Shown: piece by piece, positions 1-9,205 of the stretch
How positions within the stretch are numbered: position 1 is the first letter of the stretch
How the letters are laid out: the number at the start of each line of letters is the position of its first letter
Origin: Alphaproteobacteria bacterium
Lineage (GTDB): Bacteria; Pseudomonadota; Alphaproteobacteria; GCA-2731375
NCBI GenBank assembly: GCA_965226475.1
Contig: CBDDDJ010000004.1
Coordinates: 1,821,963-1,885,962, forward strand
DNA length: 64,000 nucleotides
Reading direction: 5' to 3'
Translations under genes and position numbers: made by a program
The notes under the pieces: model-generated
The model's input: the letters and a program-made list of their open reading frames with translations, nothing else
What the model was told of the DNA's origin: nothing
Database searches by the model: none

Positions 1-430
1 GGCGGCAGCCCCCGTCCCCGGTCATAGAGCGTCGCCAGATTGAACTGCGCGTCGCCATGTCCCGAAAGCGCGGCGGCGAGATAGAGCCGCGCCGCGCTTC
101 CGTCGTCCCGCTCGACCCCCTGGCCGAAGAGATACATGGTGCCTAAGTTGCTTTGCGCCGCCGCGTGCCCCCGTTTTGCCGCCCGCCGCCACCACGACAC
201 CGCCTCGACGTCGCTTTGAGCGACACCCTGTCCCTGCGCATGCATCAGCCCGAGGTTGTATTCCGCATCCGCATGCCCGGCCTCGGCGGCCTTCAGGAAC
301 TCGATCCGCGCGTTCTCGAAGTCGCCGCCGCGAAGCGCCTCGACGCCGGCCTCGAAATCGGCCTGGGCGAAGCCAGGGGCAAGGAGTGTCAGAACGAAAG
401 CCAGCACGGCGGCGCGGCGGACGAGACTCA
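1..430 (-). CDS. Sel1-like repeat (TPR-like) protein with N-terminal signal peptide; the 3' part of the gene runs off the window start
   Basis: The reverse-strand translation begins MSLVRRAAVLAFVLTLLAPGFAQA (signal peptide). It then shows repeated AxxGxAxAQxNLGxMYxxGxGV modules typical of Sel1 repeats. The ORF is open to position 1. Confidence 0.7.
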
Positions 431-653
431 TGGATCGGATCGATGACATCTGCATTCCCTCCGGCGAACGGCACCTCCCACATGGGCCATTACGCCGCCG
501 GGGGCAATCGGCCGCGCGCGCCTCGGGCGGAACGCCGTCGATTTCGCGCCGCCGCCGAAGCTTTGAGTACAACCGGCGGCCCGGTGCATCTAGAATGAGA
601 GGCGATTCGTTCGTTGCTCTCCCTGGTGGTGTTCCAGACACAGGTGGCCCAGC

Positions 654-2285
654 ATGCGCCTCGACAATTCCATCCGCCCGATTCGCCTCGTCCTCGCTTT
701 CGCGTTCGCGTTCCAGTTCGCCGCCTTCGGCGCGCTGGCCGGTCCGGTCGCCGAGCAGTTGCAGCTCCGCCTCGATGCCGCCGACGCGGAGGCCTCGGCG
801 GGCGATCCCGACGTCGACTTGGGGGCGGTCCGGGATTTCTATCTCGGGCGGGCGTTCCGCCCGCTCAGGATCGACGAGGACGGCGCCACGCTCGCGGCCC
901 GAATCTTCGCGGCGCGGCTCGCCGCCTCGGAATCGGACGGCCTCTATCCGGTCGACTACGACGCTGGCTTCTTCGCCGAAAACCTGGAAGCGACGGGGCC
1001 CGCGGAGCGCGCCGACCTCGAGTTCAAGTTGAGTCGGGCGCTGCTCGCCTATGGGCGGGATCTCTCGGCCGGGCGAGTCGATCCGGCGCGGGTCGATTCC
1101 GAACTCCACATCCGGCCGAGCGCGGTACCAGCGGAAGAGCTTTTCGCCGCCGCCGAAGGGGTGGACTTCGCCGCCTACCTTTCGGCACTCGCACCCCAGA
1201 GCGTGAACTACGCGCGGTTGAAAGCGGCCTTGGCCGACTATCGCCGACTCGCCGGGCGGGGCGGCTGGGGCCGGGTGCCCGACGGCGAGACACTGAAACC
1301 GGGAATGCGCGACGCGGCGATTCCCGCGCTCCGTCGACGTCTCGCGGCGGGCGGAGACCTGGCGCAAGACGCCATTGCCTCCGAGGCGTACGACGAGACG
1401 CTGGAAGAGGCGGTTCGGCGCTTCCAACGGCGCCATGGCCTCGACGTCGACGGCGCCGTCGGCAAGATGACCCGGAAGGCCTTGAACGTGCCGGTGACGG
1501 CGCGGATCGAGCAGATGCTGCTCAACATGGAACGGCGGCGCTGGATGCCGGACGACCTCGGCCGGAGCTACGTTTTCGTCAACATGGCGGATTTCGTGCT
1601 GAAATACGTCGTCGGGCCGAAGACCTACCTGGATACCCGCGTCGTCATCGGCAAGCCCTATCACCGCACGCCGGTATTCAGCGACCGGATGCGCTACATC
1701 GTCATCAATCCCTACTGGACGGTGCCGCCGTCGATCGCGCGCAAGGAAATCCTGCCGAAACTCAAGAAGAACGCCAATTACCTAGCCGAAAAGAACATAA
1801 AGCTTTTCAGCGGCTGGAACGCCTCGGCCGCCGTGCTCGATGCAACGACGATCGACTGGTCGGCGGTGAGCCCGCGCGGCTTCGGCTACCGCCTGCGCCA
1901 GGAGCCGGGCAAGGGCAACGCGCTCGGCACGCTGAAATTCATGTTCCCGAACCGCTTCAACGTCTATTTGCACGACACGCCGGCCCGCTCGCTGTTCAAG
2001 AAAGCGGTCCGCAGCTTCAGCCACGGCTGCATCCGGGTCGAGAATCCGGACGAATTCGCCGCCATGCTGCTGCGTGACCACGAGGGCTGGTCGCGGGAGG
2101 AAATCCAGGCCGCGATTGCCTCGGGCAAGCGCCAGGTCGTCACCTTGAAGACGTCGATTCCAGTCCACCTAACCTATCTCACCGCCTGGGTGAACAAGGA
2201 CGCCAGCGTGCATTTCCGCGACGACATCTACGACCGCGACAAACGCCTACGCAAGGCGCTCGACCACCTGCAGCGGCCGCTTTAG
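654..2285 (+). CDS. L,D-transpeptidase of the YcbB/LdtD family, with a peptidoglycan-binding domain and a YkuD catalytic domain
   Basis: 543 aa with an N-terminal signal peptide. It has a PG_binding_1-like segment (RFQRRHGLDVDGAVGKMTRKALN). The YkuD domain ends ...NVYLHDTPARSLFKKAVRSFSHGCIRVENP, with the catalytic Cys in the SHGC motif. Confidence 0.85.
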   Translation: MRLDNSIRPIRLVLAFAFAFQFAAFGALAGPVAEQLQLRLDAADAEASAGDPDVDLGAVRDFYLGRAFRPLRIDEDGATLAARIFAARLAASESDGLYPVDYDAGFFAENLEATGPAERADLEFKLSRALLAYGRDLSAGRVDPARVDSELHIRPSAVPAEELFAAAEGVDFAAYLSALAPQSVNYARLKAALADYRRLAGRGGWGRVPDGETLKPGMRDAAIPALRRRLAAGGDLAQDAIASEAYDETLEEAVRRFQRRHGLDVDGAVGKMTRKALNVPVTARIEQMLLNMERRRWMPDDLGRSYVFVNMADFVLKYVVGPKTYLDTRVVIGKPYHRTPVFSDRMRYIVINPYWTVPPSIARKEILPKLKKNANYLAEKNIKLFSGWNASAAVLDATTIDWSAVSPRGFGYRLRQEPGKGNALGTLKFMFPNRFNVYLHDTPARSLFKKAVRSFSHGCIRVENPDEFAAMLLRDHEGWSREEIQAAIASGKRQVVTLKTSIPVHLTYLTAWVNKDASVHFRDDIYDRDKRLRKALDHLQRPL

Positions 2286-2293
2286 GCATCGTT
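2280..2293. repeat. Left copy of a perfect 14-bp direct repeat (ctttaggcatcgtt) flanking the IS cluster
   Basis: The identical 14-mer recurs at 4949-4962. The two copies lie immediately outside the inverted termini of the 2294-4948 element. Confidence 0.7.
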
Positions 2294-2298
2294 GAGTC

Positions 2299-2347
2299 GG
2301 ACCCGATTTCCTTGGACACAGAATTGGCTTAATGGCTTATCCCTTTG
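2299..2347. repeat. Terminal inverted repeat T1 (left end of the IS1595-like element and of the whole cluster)
   Basis: About 38 bp pairs with 3549-3588. The outer roughly 25 bp also pairs with 4921-4945. Confidence 0.7.
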
Positions 2348-2543
2348 CTTCCGGTCACACCAGATGTTGATCGGCCTTCTACGTTCCAGGCACGGTTTTC
2401 GGACCGTGCCGGGGGATGTGCGGGAGCTTTTGGACTTGAGGAAGTTGGTTTCGAGTGCTGTCAGGCAGACTGGAGGGCCGGTATTCGGCTCCGATTGAGG
2501 CGGATCGGAGGGCGGGCGATGGCTGGCGCCCGGCCTGCCGGGA

Positions 2544-3482
2544 TCAGACGTGTTGTCCGACGATGTCGCGGTAGTCGGCGGGTCGCAGGCGCGTGCCGAT
2601 GCCGAGCAGGGTATCGAAAGCCGTTGCGGTGTGGCGGCGGCGGTTCCAGCGGAACACGAACTCGTCGAGGTAGCGGCGCAGATGGGCGCGGCGCAGGCCA
2701 TGGAAGGTTCCGAGCGCCCAGCGCTTCAGGTTCGAGAACACACGATGGATCCACGTCAGCACGAGATGGGCGGGCGTTGCACCGACGACCTTGGGCTGGT
2801 GGTCGTGGTCGGGCAGGCCGCAATAACCGCTCCAGCCATCGGTAATCACCCGCGCGCCCGGCGCCGAGGTTCCGGCAACGAAGGCACGAAGGCTGCGCGC
2901 GGAGAAATCCCCGATCGGCGCCAGCCGGATGCGGCGTGGCTCGCCCTCGGGCGATAGCTCGACCGCGCCGGCAATGCGCATCTTGCCTTGTGGGCTGCGA
3001 CCTTGCCCGCCTGTGGCCGGGTCTTTTGCGGTGCGGAACGGGAGGGTGGCCTCATCGATCTCGATCAGGTCCTCAAGCAGGCTGCGATCCGGATTGACCA
3101 TGGCACGGCGCAGCTTGTGCAGCAGGAGCCAGGCACTCTTGTAACTGCCGAGCCCGAGCTGGGCCTGGAGTTGCAGGGCGGAGATACCATTCGAGTGGCT
3201 GGTCACGATGTGAACGGCCATGAACCAGGTCTTCAGGGGCAAGTGGCTGCGGTGCATGATCGTGCCTGCGGTCACCGAGGTCTCCTTCCCGCAGGCCGCA
3301 CATTCCCAGCTCGCCCGGCGCCGCTTCAGTTCCCAGCCCCTGTCATGGCCGCAGGCGGGGCAGACGAAGCCGTCGGGCCAGCGCCTGGCGGCGAGATGCC
3401 GGGCACAGGAGGCTTCATCGGGAAAGCGCGCCTCGAAGGCGGCGCGGGACATGGGGCGGTCATATTTCCAGCGGCTGGCCAT
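2544..3482 (-). CDS. IS1595-family DDE transposase
   Basis: 312 aa. The N-terminus has a zinc-ribbon (FVCPACGHDRGWELKRRRASWECAACGKE) typical of the IS1595 transposase N-domain. The C-terminal half shows the DDE_Tnp_IS1595-like segment (ITDGWSGY ... HRVFSNLKRWALGTFHG ... RYLDEFVFRWNRR). Confidence 0.85.
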   Translation of the reverse strand: MASRWKYDRPMSRAAFEARFPDEASCARHLAARRWPDGFVCPACGHDRGWELKRRRASWECAACGKETSVTAGTIMHRSHLPLKTWFMAVHIVTSHSNGISALQLQAQLGLGSYKSAWLLLHKLRRAMVNPDRSLLEDLIEIDEATLPFRTAKDPATGGQGRSPQGKMRIAGAVELSPEGEPRRIRLAPIGDFSARSLRAFVAGTSAPGARVITDGWSGYCGLPDHDHQPKVVGATPAHLVLTWIHRVFSNLKRWALGTFHGLRRAHLRRYLDEFVFRWNRRRHTATAFDTLLGIGTRLRPADYRDIVGQHV

Positions 3483-3548
3483 GACGGAACATTACACGAA
3501 CATGCTGCCGACGCCCACCAGAAACTCAACATCTCGTCAAACCGGGCT

Positions 3549-3599
3549 CAAAGGGATAAGCCCTTTGGCTTAATCGAAGTGTCCAAGGAGGACCGGAAC
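3549..3599. repeat. Terminal inverted repeat T2 (right end of the IS1595-like element; it also lies immediately 5' of IS3 orfA)
   Basis: It is the reverse complement of T1 over about 38 bp, apart from a short central mismatch block. Only about 10 nt separate it from the orfA ATG. Confidence 0.7.
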
Positions 3600-4010
3600 A
3601 TGGCCGATAATTTTGAGAAGAAAGTTGCTGTTGATGGGCCTGTGGTAAATGCGGGCGAGCTTGGCTCGTCCACGTTTTCCCCAGGCCAGGCTTTGCCGGC
3701 AGGCCCGCTGGGACTTGGCCAGCGATGGACGGTGGCGCGCAAGCGTGAGGTCGTTCCGCGGCTTTTGCGTGACGAGCCGGTGCAACTTCTGTCGCGCCAG
3801 TTGGGCGTAGAGATCTTCCGGCTCGAGCAGTGGCGTGAGAAAGCGATCGGCGGGATCGACGCCTCGCTCAAGCGACGCAAGGGCGATCCGGTGCAGGCGG
3901 AACTGGATAGCGCCATGAAGCGGATCGGAGAGTTGACCATGCAGGTGGAACTGCTGGAGGCCAAGACGGAGACCTTCGGCCCTTTGGGGCGGCGGAGGTC
4001 GCGGCGATGA
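3600..4010 (+). CDS. IS3-family transposase OrfA (small HTH/leucine-zipper protein)
   Basis: 136 aa, MADNFEKK...RRKGDPVQAELDSAMKRIGELTMQVELLEAKTETF. It overlaps orfB in an ATGA arrangement. The orfB reading frame is open from 3911, which gives a roughly 100-nt -1-frame overlap typical of IS3 programmed frameshifting. Confidence 0.75.
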   Translation: MADNFEKKVAVDGPVVNAGELGSSTFSPGQALPAGPLGLGQRWTVARKREVVPRLLRDEPVQLLSRQLGVEIFRLEQWREKAIGGIDASLKRRKGDPVQAELDSAMKRIGELTMQVELLEAKTETFGPLGRRRSRR

Positions 4011-4912
4011 GTGCCGCCACCTCGCCCGGCACGGGTCTGGCCTACGGCCTGCGGCGGGTCTGCGCCGCCTGGGGCATGGCCCGCTCCTCGTTCTACGCCA
4101 TGACCTCCGGCCAGCACGCCGAGCAGCCGCCGGCAAAGCGTCGGGGACCGAAGCCCGCGATCTCGGACCAGGCGCTGCTGGTGGCGATCGAAGCCGACCT
4201 GGAGGCATCGCCCTGGGAGGGCGAGGGCTACCGCAAGGTCTGGGCTCGGCTTCGGGTCTGTCGCGACATCCGGGTTGCCCGCAAGCGGGTGCTCCGCCTG
4301 ATGCGCGAGAACAATCTGCTCTCGCCCCATCGCTGCCGCCGCCGTGGCGGCAATCCCCATGACGGTGAGATCATCACTCATGCCCCGAACCTCATGTGGG
4401 GCACCGATGGCGTTCGGGTGTTCACGGTGGACGACGGCTGGGGCTGGATCTTCACCGCCGTCGAGCATTGGAACGCCGAGTGTGTCGGCTGGCATGTCTG
4501 CAAGCGCGGCGACCGCTTCGCCGCCCTGCAGCCGATCTCCATGGGGCTTGCCGGGCTGTATGGCTCGACCGCGGCCGGCGCGGCTCGGGGGCTGGCCTTG
4601 CGGATGGATCACGGCTCCCAGTATCTGTCGGACCACTTCACCAACCAGATCAAGTTCTGGGGCATCCAGCCGTCCTACGCCTTCGTCGCCGAGCCCCAGA
4701 CCAACGGCGTCGCCGAGCGGTTCAATCGCACGCTGAAGGAACAGATCATCCATGGTCGCATCTACCGCAACATCGCGGAGCTGCGGGACGCCGTCCGCGA
4801 CTTCGTCGAACTCTACAATGCCCAGTGGATCGTCGAAAAGAACGGCTACCTGAGCCCCGCTCAAGCTCGTCAGGCGTGGCACGCCGCGATCTCAATCAGG
4901 CCCGCCGCGTGA
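4007..4912 (+). CDS. IS3-family transposase OrfB (integrase catalytic core, rve domain)
   Basis: 301 aa. It has an N-terminal HTH (GLRRVCAAWGMARSSFY) and a DDE core (...WGTDGVRVFT..., ...RMDHGSQYLSDHF..., ...QTNGVAERFNRTLKEQ). It lies in the -1 frame relative to orfA. Confidence 0.85.
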   Translation: MSAATSPGTGLAYGLRRVCAAWGMARSSFYAMTSGQHAEQPPAKRRGPKPAISDQALLVAIEADLEASPWEGEGYRKVWARLRVCRDIRVARKRVLRLMRENNLLSPHRCRRRGGNPHDGEIITHAPNLMWGTDGVRVFTVDDGWGWIFTAVEHWNAECVGWHVCKRGDRFAALQPISMGLAGLYGSTAAGAARGLALRMDHGSQYLSDHFTNQIKFWGIQPSYAFVAEPQTNGVAERFNRTLKEQIIHGRIYRNIAELRDAVRDFVELYNAQWIVEKNGYLSPAQARQAWHAAISIRPAA

Positions 4913-4920
4913 GACAAACT

Positions 4921-4948
4921 TGTGTCCAAGGAACCGGGTGCGCTACAG
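4921..4948. repeat. Terminal repeat T3 (solo or short right-end copy of the T-type terminus)
   Basis: tgtgtccaagg is the exact inverted complement of ccttggacaca at 2310-2320. The adjacent aaccgggtgcg pairs imperfectly with ggacccgattt of T1. Confidence 0.6.
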
Positions 4949-4962
4949 CTTTAGGCATCGTT
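4949..4962. repeat. Right copy of the perfect 14-bp direct repeat (ctttaggcatcgtt)
   Basis: It is identical to 2280-2293. Confidence 0.7.
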
Positions 4963-5050
4963 AACGCTTGCACCTTTAAATTTCCAGGCTAGACTGCGCG
5001 CCCAAGGGGTTGATTCCGCGACCTCTTGGCGGTTGTAGGGGAACGTTCGC

Positions 5051-5596
5051 GTGGAGCATGTCGATTCCGGCCGCCGCGCCCTGTTGCGCGTGGCACTGCC
5101 CGCCGTCGCGGCGATGACGCCCCTGGGCGCGCTCGCCCGCGCCGTGCCGGCCAAGCCCCGGCGGCTGAAGCTGCACAACCTCCACACTGGCGAAAATCTG
5201 GTGACGGTCTATCACGCCGACGGCCGCTATCTGGCCGAACCGCTCGGCGAGATCGACTGGATGCTGCGCGACTGGCGCACCGACGAGCGCACGGCCATGG
5301 ACCGCCGCCTGCTGGACCTGCTGCATGCCCTCCACCTGGAGATGGACTCGACCCGGCCCTTCGAGATCATTTCCGGCTATCGCTCGCCCGCGACCAATTC
5401 GATGCTGGTGAAGAGGAACGGCGGCGTCGCCAGGAAAAGCCTCCACATGAAGGCGATGGCGGCGGACGTGCGCCTACCCGACCGCGATCTCGGCACGCTC
5501 TACCGCGCCGCCCGCCGCTTGAAGCTCGGCGGCGTCGGCATTTACCGCAAGGCCGACTTCATCCACGTCGACACCGGCCGCGTCCGCTACTGGTAG
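5051..5596 (+). CDS. DUF882 (YcbK/MepK-like peptidase M15A family) protein, Tat-exported
   Basis: 181 aa. It has a twin-arginine motif (SGRRALLRVAL) and a DUF882 core (FEIISGYRSPATNSMLVKRNGGVARKSLHMKAMAADVRLPDRDLGTLYRAARRLKLGGVGIYRKADFIHVDTG). The E. coli homologues ycbB and ycbK are neighbours. Confidence 0.8.
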   Translation: MEHVDSGRRALLRVALPAVAAMTPLGALARAVPAKPRRLKLHNLHTGENLVTVYHADGRYLAEPLGEIDWMLRDWRTDERTAMDRRLLDLLHALHLEMDSTRPFEIISGYRSPATNSMLVKRNGGVARKSLHMKAMAADVRLPDRDLGTLYRAARRLKLGGVGIYRKADFIHVDTGRVRYW

Positions 5597-7234
5597 GCGG
5601 CTGCCCCTCGCATCAAGGCAATGAGGCCCGCCGGATCGGCCGGCGGCCCATCCCCACGCCACGCGACATGCTGGTCGGGCCGGGCGAGGACCAGGGCCCG
5701 GTCGTAGGGTGCCGTCGGCGCCAGATCGAGCAGGGTCAACGGTACGCCACGCGCTTCGGCCGCGTCCAGCAGCGGCCGGACCTCGATGCCGGGATCGAAG
5801 CGCAGCAGCGTGTAGCCCTCTCCCAGGCGATCGTGGAGGCTTCGGCCATCCGCCAGAAACACATGCGGCAGGCGGCAGCCCGGCACGGTGGAGGGAGTGA
5901 ACGCGGCCATGGTGTAGCCCGGCGCGGCCTCGCCGTCGTGGGCGATGATGGGTGAATTTTCATAGAAACAGCCAAAATTGAGGCCGGCGCAGCAGTATTG
6001 CTGGACGTTCAAGGCATAGGCGCGTTCGCCGAGGGCCCGGCGCGCGGCCTCGCCCGCTTCGTCCTCATCCTCGATATTGGCGGGCACGGCGCCGCGCTGG
6101 CCGGCCATGGCGTGGGCGTGGTCCATCACGAAGCGGGAGACTTGGCGGGTGATCGGCCCGCGCTCGGCCTCGTGCGCGTCGAGGATGGCTTCCCCGGCCC
6201 AACCGGCGAGGTGCGCGGCCAGCAGCCAGGCGAGATTGGCGGCGTCCGCGATGCCGGCGTTCATGCCGTAGCCGGCATAAGGCACCCAGATGTGGGCGGC
6301 ATCGCCGGCGATGAAGACCCGGCGGTCCCGGATCCTGTCGGCGACCAGGCGGCGGCCGATCCAGTCAATCGGCGCCAGCAGCTCACACCCGAAGTCGGCG
6401 CCGACACCCAGGATCTCTCGGATCGCCCAATCGCGGTCCACCGCGTCGAAGCCGGCCTCTTCCGGGCGCAGGCAGTTGTGCACCACCCAGCGCTCGCGCC
6501 CGTCGATGGCGTAGACGTTGCCGCTGCGCCGGGGGTTGAGGGAGAAGGTGGCCCAGGCCGGCGCCTCCCGTTGCCGCTCGATCAGCTTCGGCGCGCGGAT
6601 ATAGCTCGACTGCACCCGCTGGATCACCGCGTCACCCTCGAGGCGCGCGCCCATGGCGCGGCGGATGGAGGAGCGGCCGCCGTCGCAGCCGACCAGATAA
6701 CGACAGCGAATCCGGGTCTCGGTCCCGTCCTCCAGGCTCCGGGCGGTCGCCAGCACGTGGTCGTCCGCCTGCGTGAAATCCTCGACCGTGGCGCGGGTCA
6801 TGATGCGCGCGCCGGCCATGGCTTCGGCGTGGGCGAAGAGGATCGGCTCCAGGAAGATCTGGTTGATGCGGTGCGGCGGTTCCGCCGTCGGCCAATCGGT
6901 GTCCGGGCCGTTCACGGCGGTGAAGCGGTCGCGCCGGCAGGGGATCGGAATCCGCGTGAGTTCGCGCCCGGTGAAGCTGGTGCGGTAGGAGACGTCGTTG
7001 GGATAGTCGGCGGGCAGGCCGGCGTCGCGCAACGCACCCGCCACAGCCGAGGCGGCGGAAGATCTCCATCGAGCGGGCGACGACGTGGTTGCACTTGGGC
7101 GGCGGTGGCTCGCTCCGCGCGCGCTTCTCCACCACCATGACCTCGATGCCGCGCCAGGCCAGATCCGTCGCCAAGGTCAGGCCGACCGGCCCGCCGCCGA
7201 CGATGAGGACGGGGACTTCGATCTCGCGCATCAT
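5587..7234 (-). pseudogene. FAD-dependent aromatic-ring monooxygenase (PheA/TfdB-like), split by a 1-nt frameshift near 7040-7050
   Basis: The N-terminal Rossmann segment MMREIEVPVLIVGGGPVGLTLATDLAWRGIEVMVVEKR...ARSMEIFRRLG is in one frame, starting at 7234. The remaining 485 aa, from ...AGALRDAGLPADYPND to the C-terminus, is in the adjacent frame. The junction lies at ggcTgtggcggg. Confidence 0.6.
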
Positions 7235-7270
7235 GGGGCCTCCGGGCTCGGAGCGATTACGGTTCGCGTC

Positions 7271-7702
7271 TCAATCGGCATTCAGCGCCACCACCACGAT
7301 CAGGGCCTTGCCGGCGACGGTGAGGTGTTGGTGCGCGTTGGCGTTGAGCGTCACCATCACTTCGAGCTTGCCCCCGGGCGGTCCGGCGAGATGGAACCGG
7401 GGACCACGGACTTCCGTGAACATCTCGCCGCCGACGTAGAGATGGGCATGGCCCTCGCCCGCGACGTGGGCGCCGCCCGCGTGTTCGGGCGCGAAGCGGA
7501 AGTTCGTCGTCCTGAGCTCGATATTCCAGCCGCCACCCTTGTCCCCGCGTGCCACGACGGCGAGGGTCGGGGCGCCGGCGCCGGGCGCGAGGTCGAGCGA
7601 GCCGGGCAGCCGGTGGCCCGCGCCGTAGTCGGCGGCGAACGCATTGCTCGCCAGGCTCGGACCCAGGGCAAACGCGACGGCGGTTCCAGAGCCTCTCGTC
7701 AT
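7271..7702 (-). CDS. Hypothetical secreted, His-rich small protein
   Basis: 143 aa. There is a predicted signal peptide (AVAFALGPSLASNAFA|AD). It has several His pairs (EHAGGAHVAGEGHAHLY, NANAHQH). No family was recognised. Confidence 0.4.
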   Translation of the reverse strand: MTRGSGTAVAFALGPSLASNAFAADYGAGHRLPGSLDLAPGAGAPTLAVVARGDKGGGWNIELRTTNFRFAPEHAGGAHVAGEGHAHLYVGGEMFTEVRGPRFHLAGPPGGKLEVMVTLNANAHQHLTVAGKALIVVVALNAD

Positions 7703-8184
7703 TCCTCGCCGCTCTCCGCGCGCCGGGCCGCTTCCGTTTGCCGCCGCAGGCTCTCCTCCGGCCAGAGCGCCGAGGCATCATATATGGTCTCGAACCGCGG
7801 CACGTCCGCCGACAACTCCAACCAGGGAAGCTTGCTCCGGGTCCAGATATGCGCCCGGGGCACGATGCCGGTCGTATCGTCGAGCGTGCCGGGCCGGATG
7901 GCGAGGACGCCCGGCCGCAAGTCGGTGCGGCCGAACAGCCAGCCGCCGCAATGGGGGCAAAAGTAGCTCTGCTTGCCGGCGCCACTACCGCCGGTGAGAG
8001 CGGCCTCCCCGGGTTCGCCCGATACGACGCGGAAGTCGCGCGCCTCGACAAGCATGGTGAGGCCGAAGGTGGTGCCGCTCGCGCGCTGGCAGTCGGTACA
8101 GTGGCAGGCGTGGACGAAGAGCGGCTCGCCCTCGAACACGTAGCGAATCGCGCCGCAGGCGCAGCCGCCGGTCTTGTGCATCAT
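7699..8184 (-). CDS. GFA family protein (glutathione-dependent formaldehyde-activating / CENP-V-like Zn-binding domain)
   Basis: It begins MMHKTGGCACGAIRYVFEGEPLFVHACHCTDCQRASG, with the characteristic Cys clusters, and continues FCPHCGGWLF. The longer upstream ORF extension is Arg-rich frame noise. Confidence 0.8.
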   Translation of the reverse strand: MMHKTGGCACGAIRYVFEGEPLFVHACHCTDCQRASGTTFGLTMLVEARDFRVVSGEPGEAALTGGSGAGKQSYFCPHCGGWLFGRTDLRPGVLAIRPGTLDDTTGIVPRAHIWTRSKLPWLELSADVPRFETIYDASALWPEESLRRQTEAARRAESGEE

Positions 8185-9092
8185 GCGCCCCCTTCCCCGC
8201 GACCCATGCCGAAAGCGTCCGCCCGGACGGCGAGGCGCTTGGCGTTCAGGTAGATCGGCACCTCGACCAGGCTGCCATCGACCTCGACCCTCGCCTCGCC
8301 CCGGGCGCGGGCGGCCTCGAAGGCGGCGACGATCCGACGGGCGGAGGCGGCCGCCTCCACGCTCGGCGTCAATACTCGGTTGATCACGGCGCAGTGCGGC
8401 GGGTGCACGGCCGTCTTGGCGATATAGCCGAGGCGGCGGACGGCCAGCGTGTCGGCCTCGCAACCCGCCAAATCGGTCCAGGTATAGGGTTGATCGACCG
8501 CGATTTTGCCGTGGCCCCGGGCGATCAGGTGGAACTGGGCACGGAGGTGGGCCATCTCGGCCGAATCCCGACTCCGCTCGACGCCGAGGTCGGCGCCCAT
8601 GTCCTCGCCGCCGGCGATGGCGGCCCGGATACGGGGACTCGCGCCCAAGATCTCGCCCAAGCGAAGGAACCCCGCCGCCGTCTCGACGTTGGGCACCAGC
8701 TCGGTGGCGCCCGGCTCGAGGCCCAATTCCCGCTCAAGCCGGCCGACCTGGCGGTCAAGCTCGGTCACATGATCTGGCCGCTCGACCTTGGGCAGGAAGA
8801 CGATGTCGGGCGCGCCGCGCATCGCCGCCTCCAGGTCCAGCAGGCCGTCCTCGTCCAACGGGTTGACCCGGACGGCGGCAATCGCGCCCGCCCGCTTCCA
8901 GGCGGCGAGGATGTCGACCGATATCTCCCGCGCCTCCGGCCGACGGGCCGGCGGGGTGAAATCCTCGAACTCCTGAATCAGCACGTCGCCGCCGCTCGTC
9001 GCGGCATTCAGCAGCACCTCCCGCTCCGCCCCCGGCAGAAACAGCCAGGAGCGGCGAAGCTCCACCGTCCGTTTCCTCGCACCCATCGCCAC
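8181..9092 (-). CDS. HpcH/HpaI aldolase / citrate lyase beta-subunit (CitE)-like CoA-ester lyase
   Basis: 303 aa, ...SWLFLPGAEREVLLNAATSGGDVLIQEFEDF...IVFLPKVE... It is a paralogue of 61146-62054. Confidence 0.8.
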   Translation of the reverse strand: MAMGARKRTVELRRSWLFLPGAEREVLLNAATSGGDVLIQEFEDFTPPARRPEAREISVDILAAWKRAGAIAAVRVNPLDEDGLLDLEAAMRGAPDIVFLPKVERPDHVTELDRQVGRLERELGLEPGATELVPNVETAAGFLRLGEILGASPRIRAAIAGGEDMGADLGVERSRDSAEMAHLRAQFHLIARGHGKIAVDQPYTWTDLAGCEADTLAVRRLGYIAKTAVHPPHCAVINRVLTPSVEAAASARRIVAAFEAARARGEARVEVDGSLVEVPIYLNAKRLAVRADAFGMGRGEGGA

Positions 9093-9205
9093 CGCCCTTC
9101 CTCGCTCCCTCGTCGTGGCGCATTATGCCGGAATCCCGGGCGCGATCGGAGCCCCAAATCGAGCGAGGAAGCGATGCGTCCGACTCCGAAATGCCAGGCG
9201 GCGCC

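Larger units (their letters stand above)
2294..4948. mobile_element. Composite or nested insertion-sequence cluster: an IS1595-family element (about 2299-3599) followed by an IS3-family orfA/orfB module, bounded by related inverted termini
   Basis: Three related termini are present. T1 at 2294-2347 reads gagtcggacccgatttccttggacacagaattggcttaatggcttatccctttg. T2 at 3549-3599 is its inverted partner (caaagggataagccctttggcttaatcgaagtgtccaaggaggaccggaaca). T3 at 4921-4948 (tgtgtccaaggaaccgggtgcgctacag) is inverted relative to T1 over about 25 bp and is direct relative to T2 for 17 of 18 bp. Two transposase systems lie inside the cluster. Flush 14-bp direct repeats lie outside it. Confidence 0.7.

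Noticed and set aside
256-2077. Long Arg/Ala/Pro-rich ORFs overlapping real genes on either strand. Examples are 256-1032, 614-2077, 14167-15723, 51501-52841, 59982-61094 and 62545-63945
   Set aside because: These are typical open alternative frames in roughly 68% GC DNA. They have a low-complexity RRRGRP-type composition and no domain motifs. Each overlaps a gene with clear family signatures in another frame.
3580-4948. Search for independent TG...CA inverted termini for the IS3 orfA/orfB module
   Set aside because: No inverted match was found between the region just 5' of orfA and the region 3' of orfB. The only repeats are direct (T2 and T3). The module is therefore described as part of the composite rather than as a separately delimited IS.
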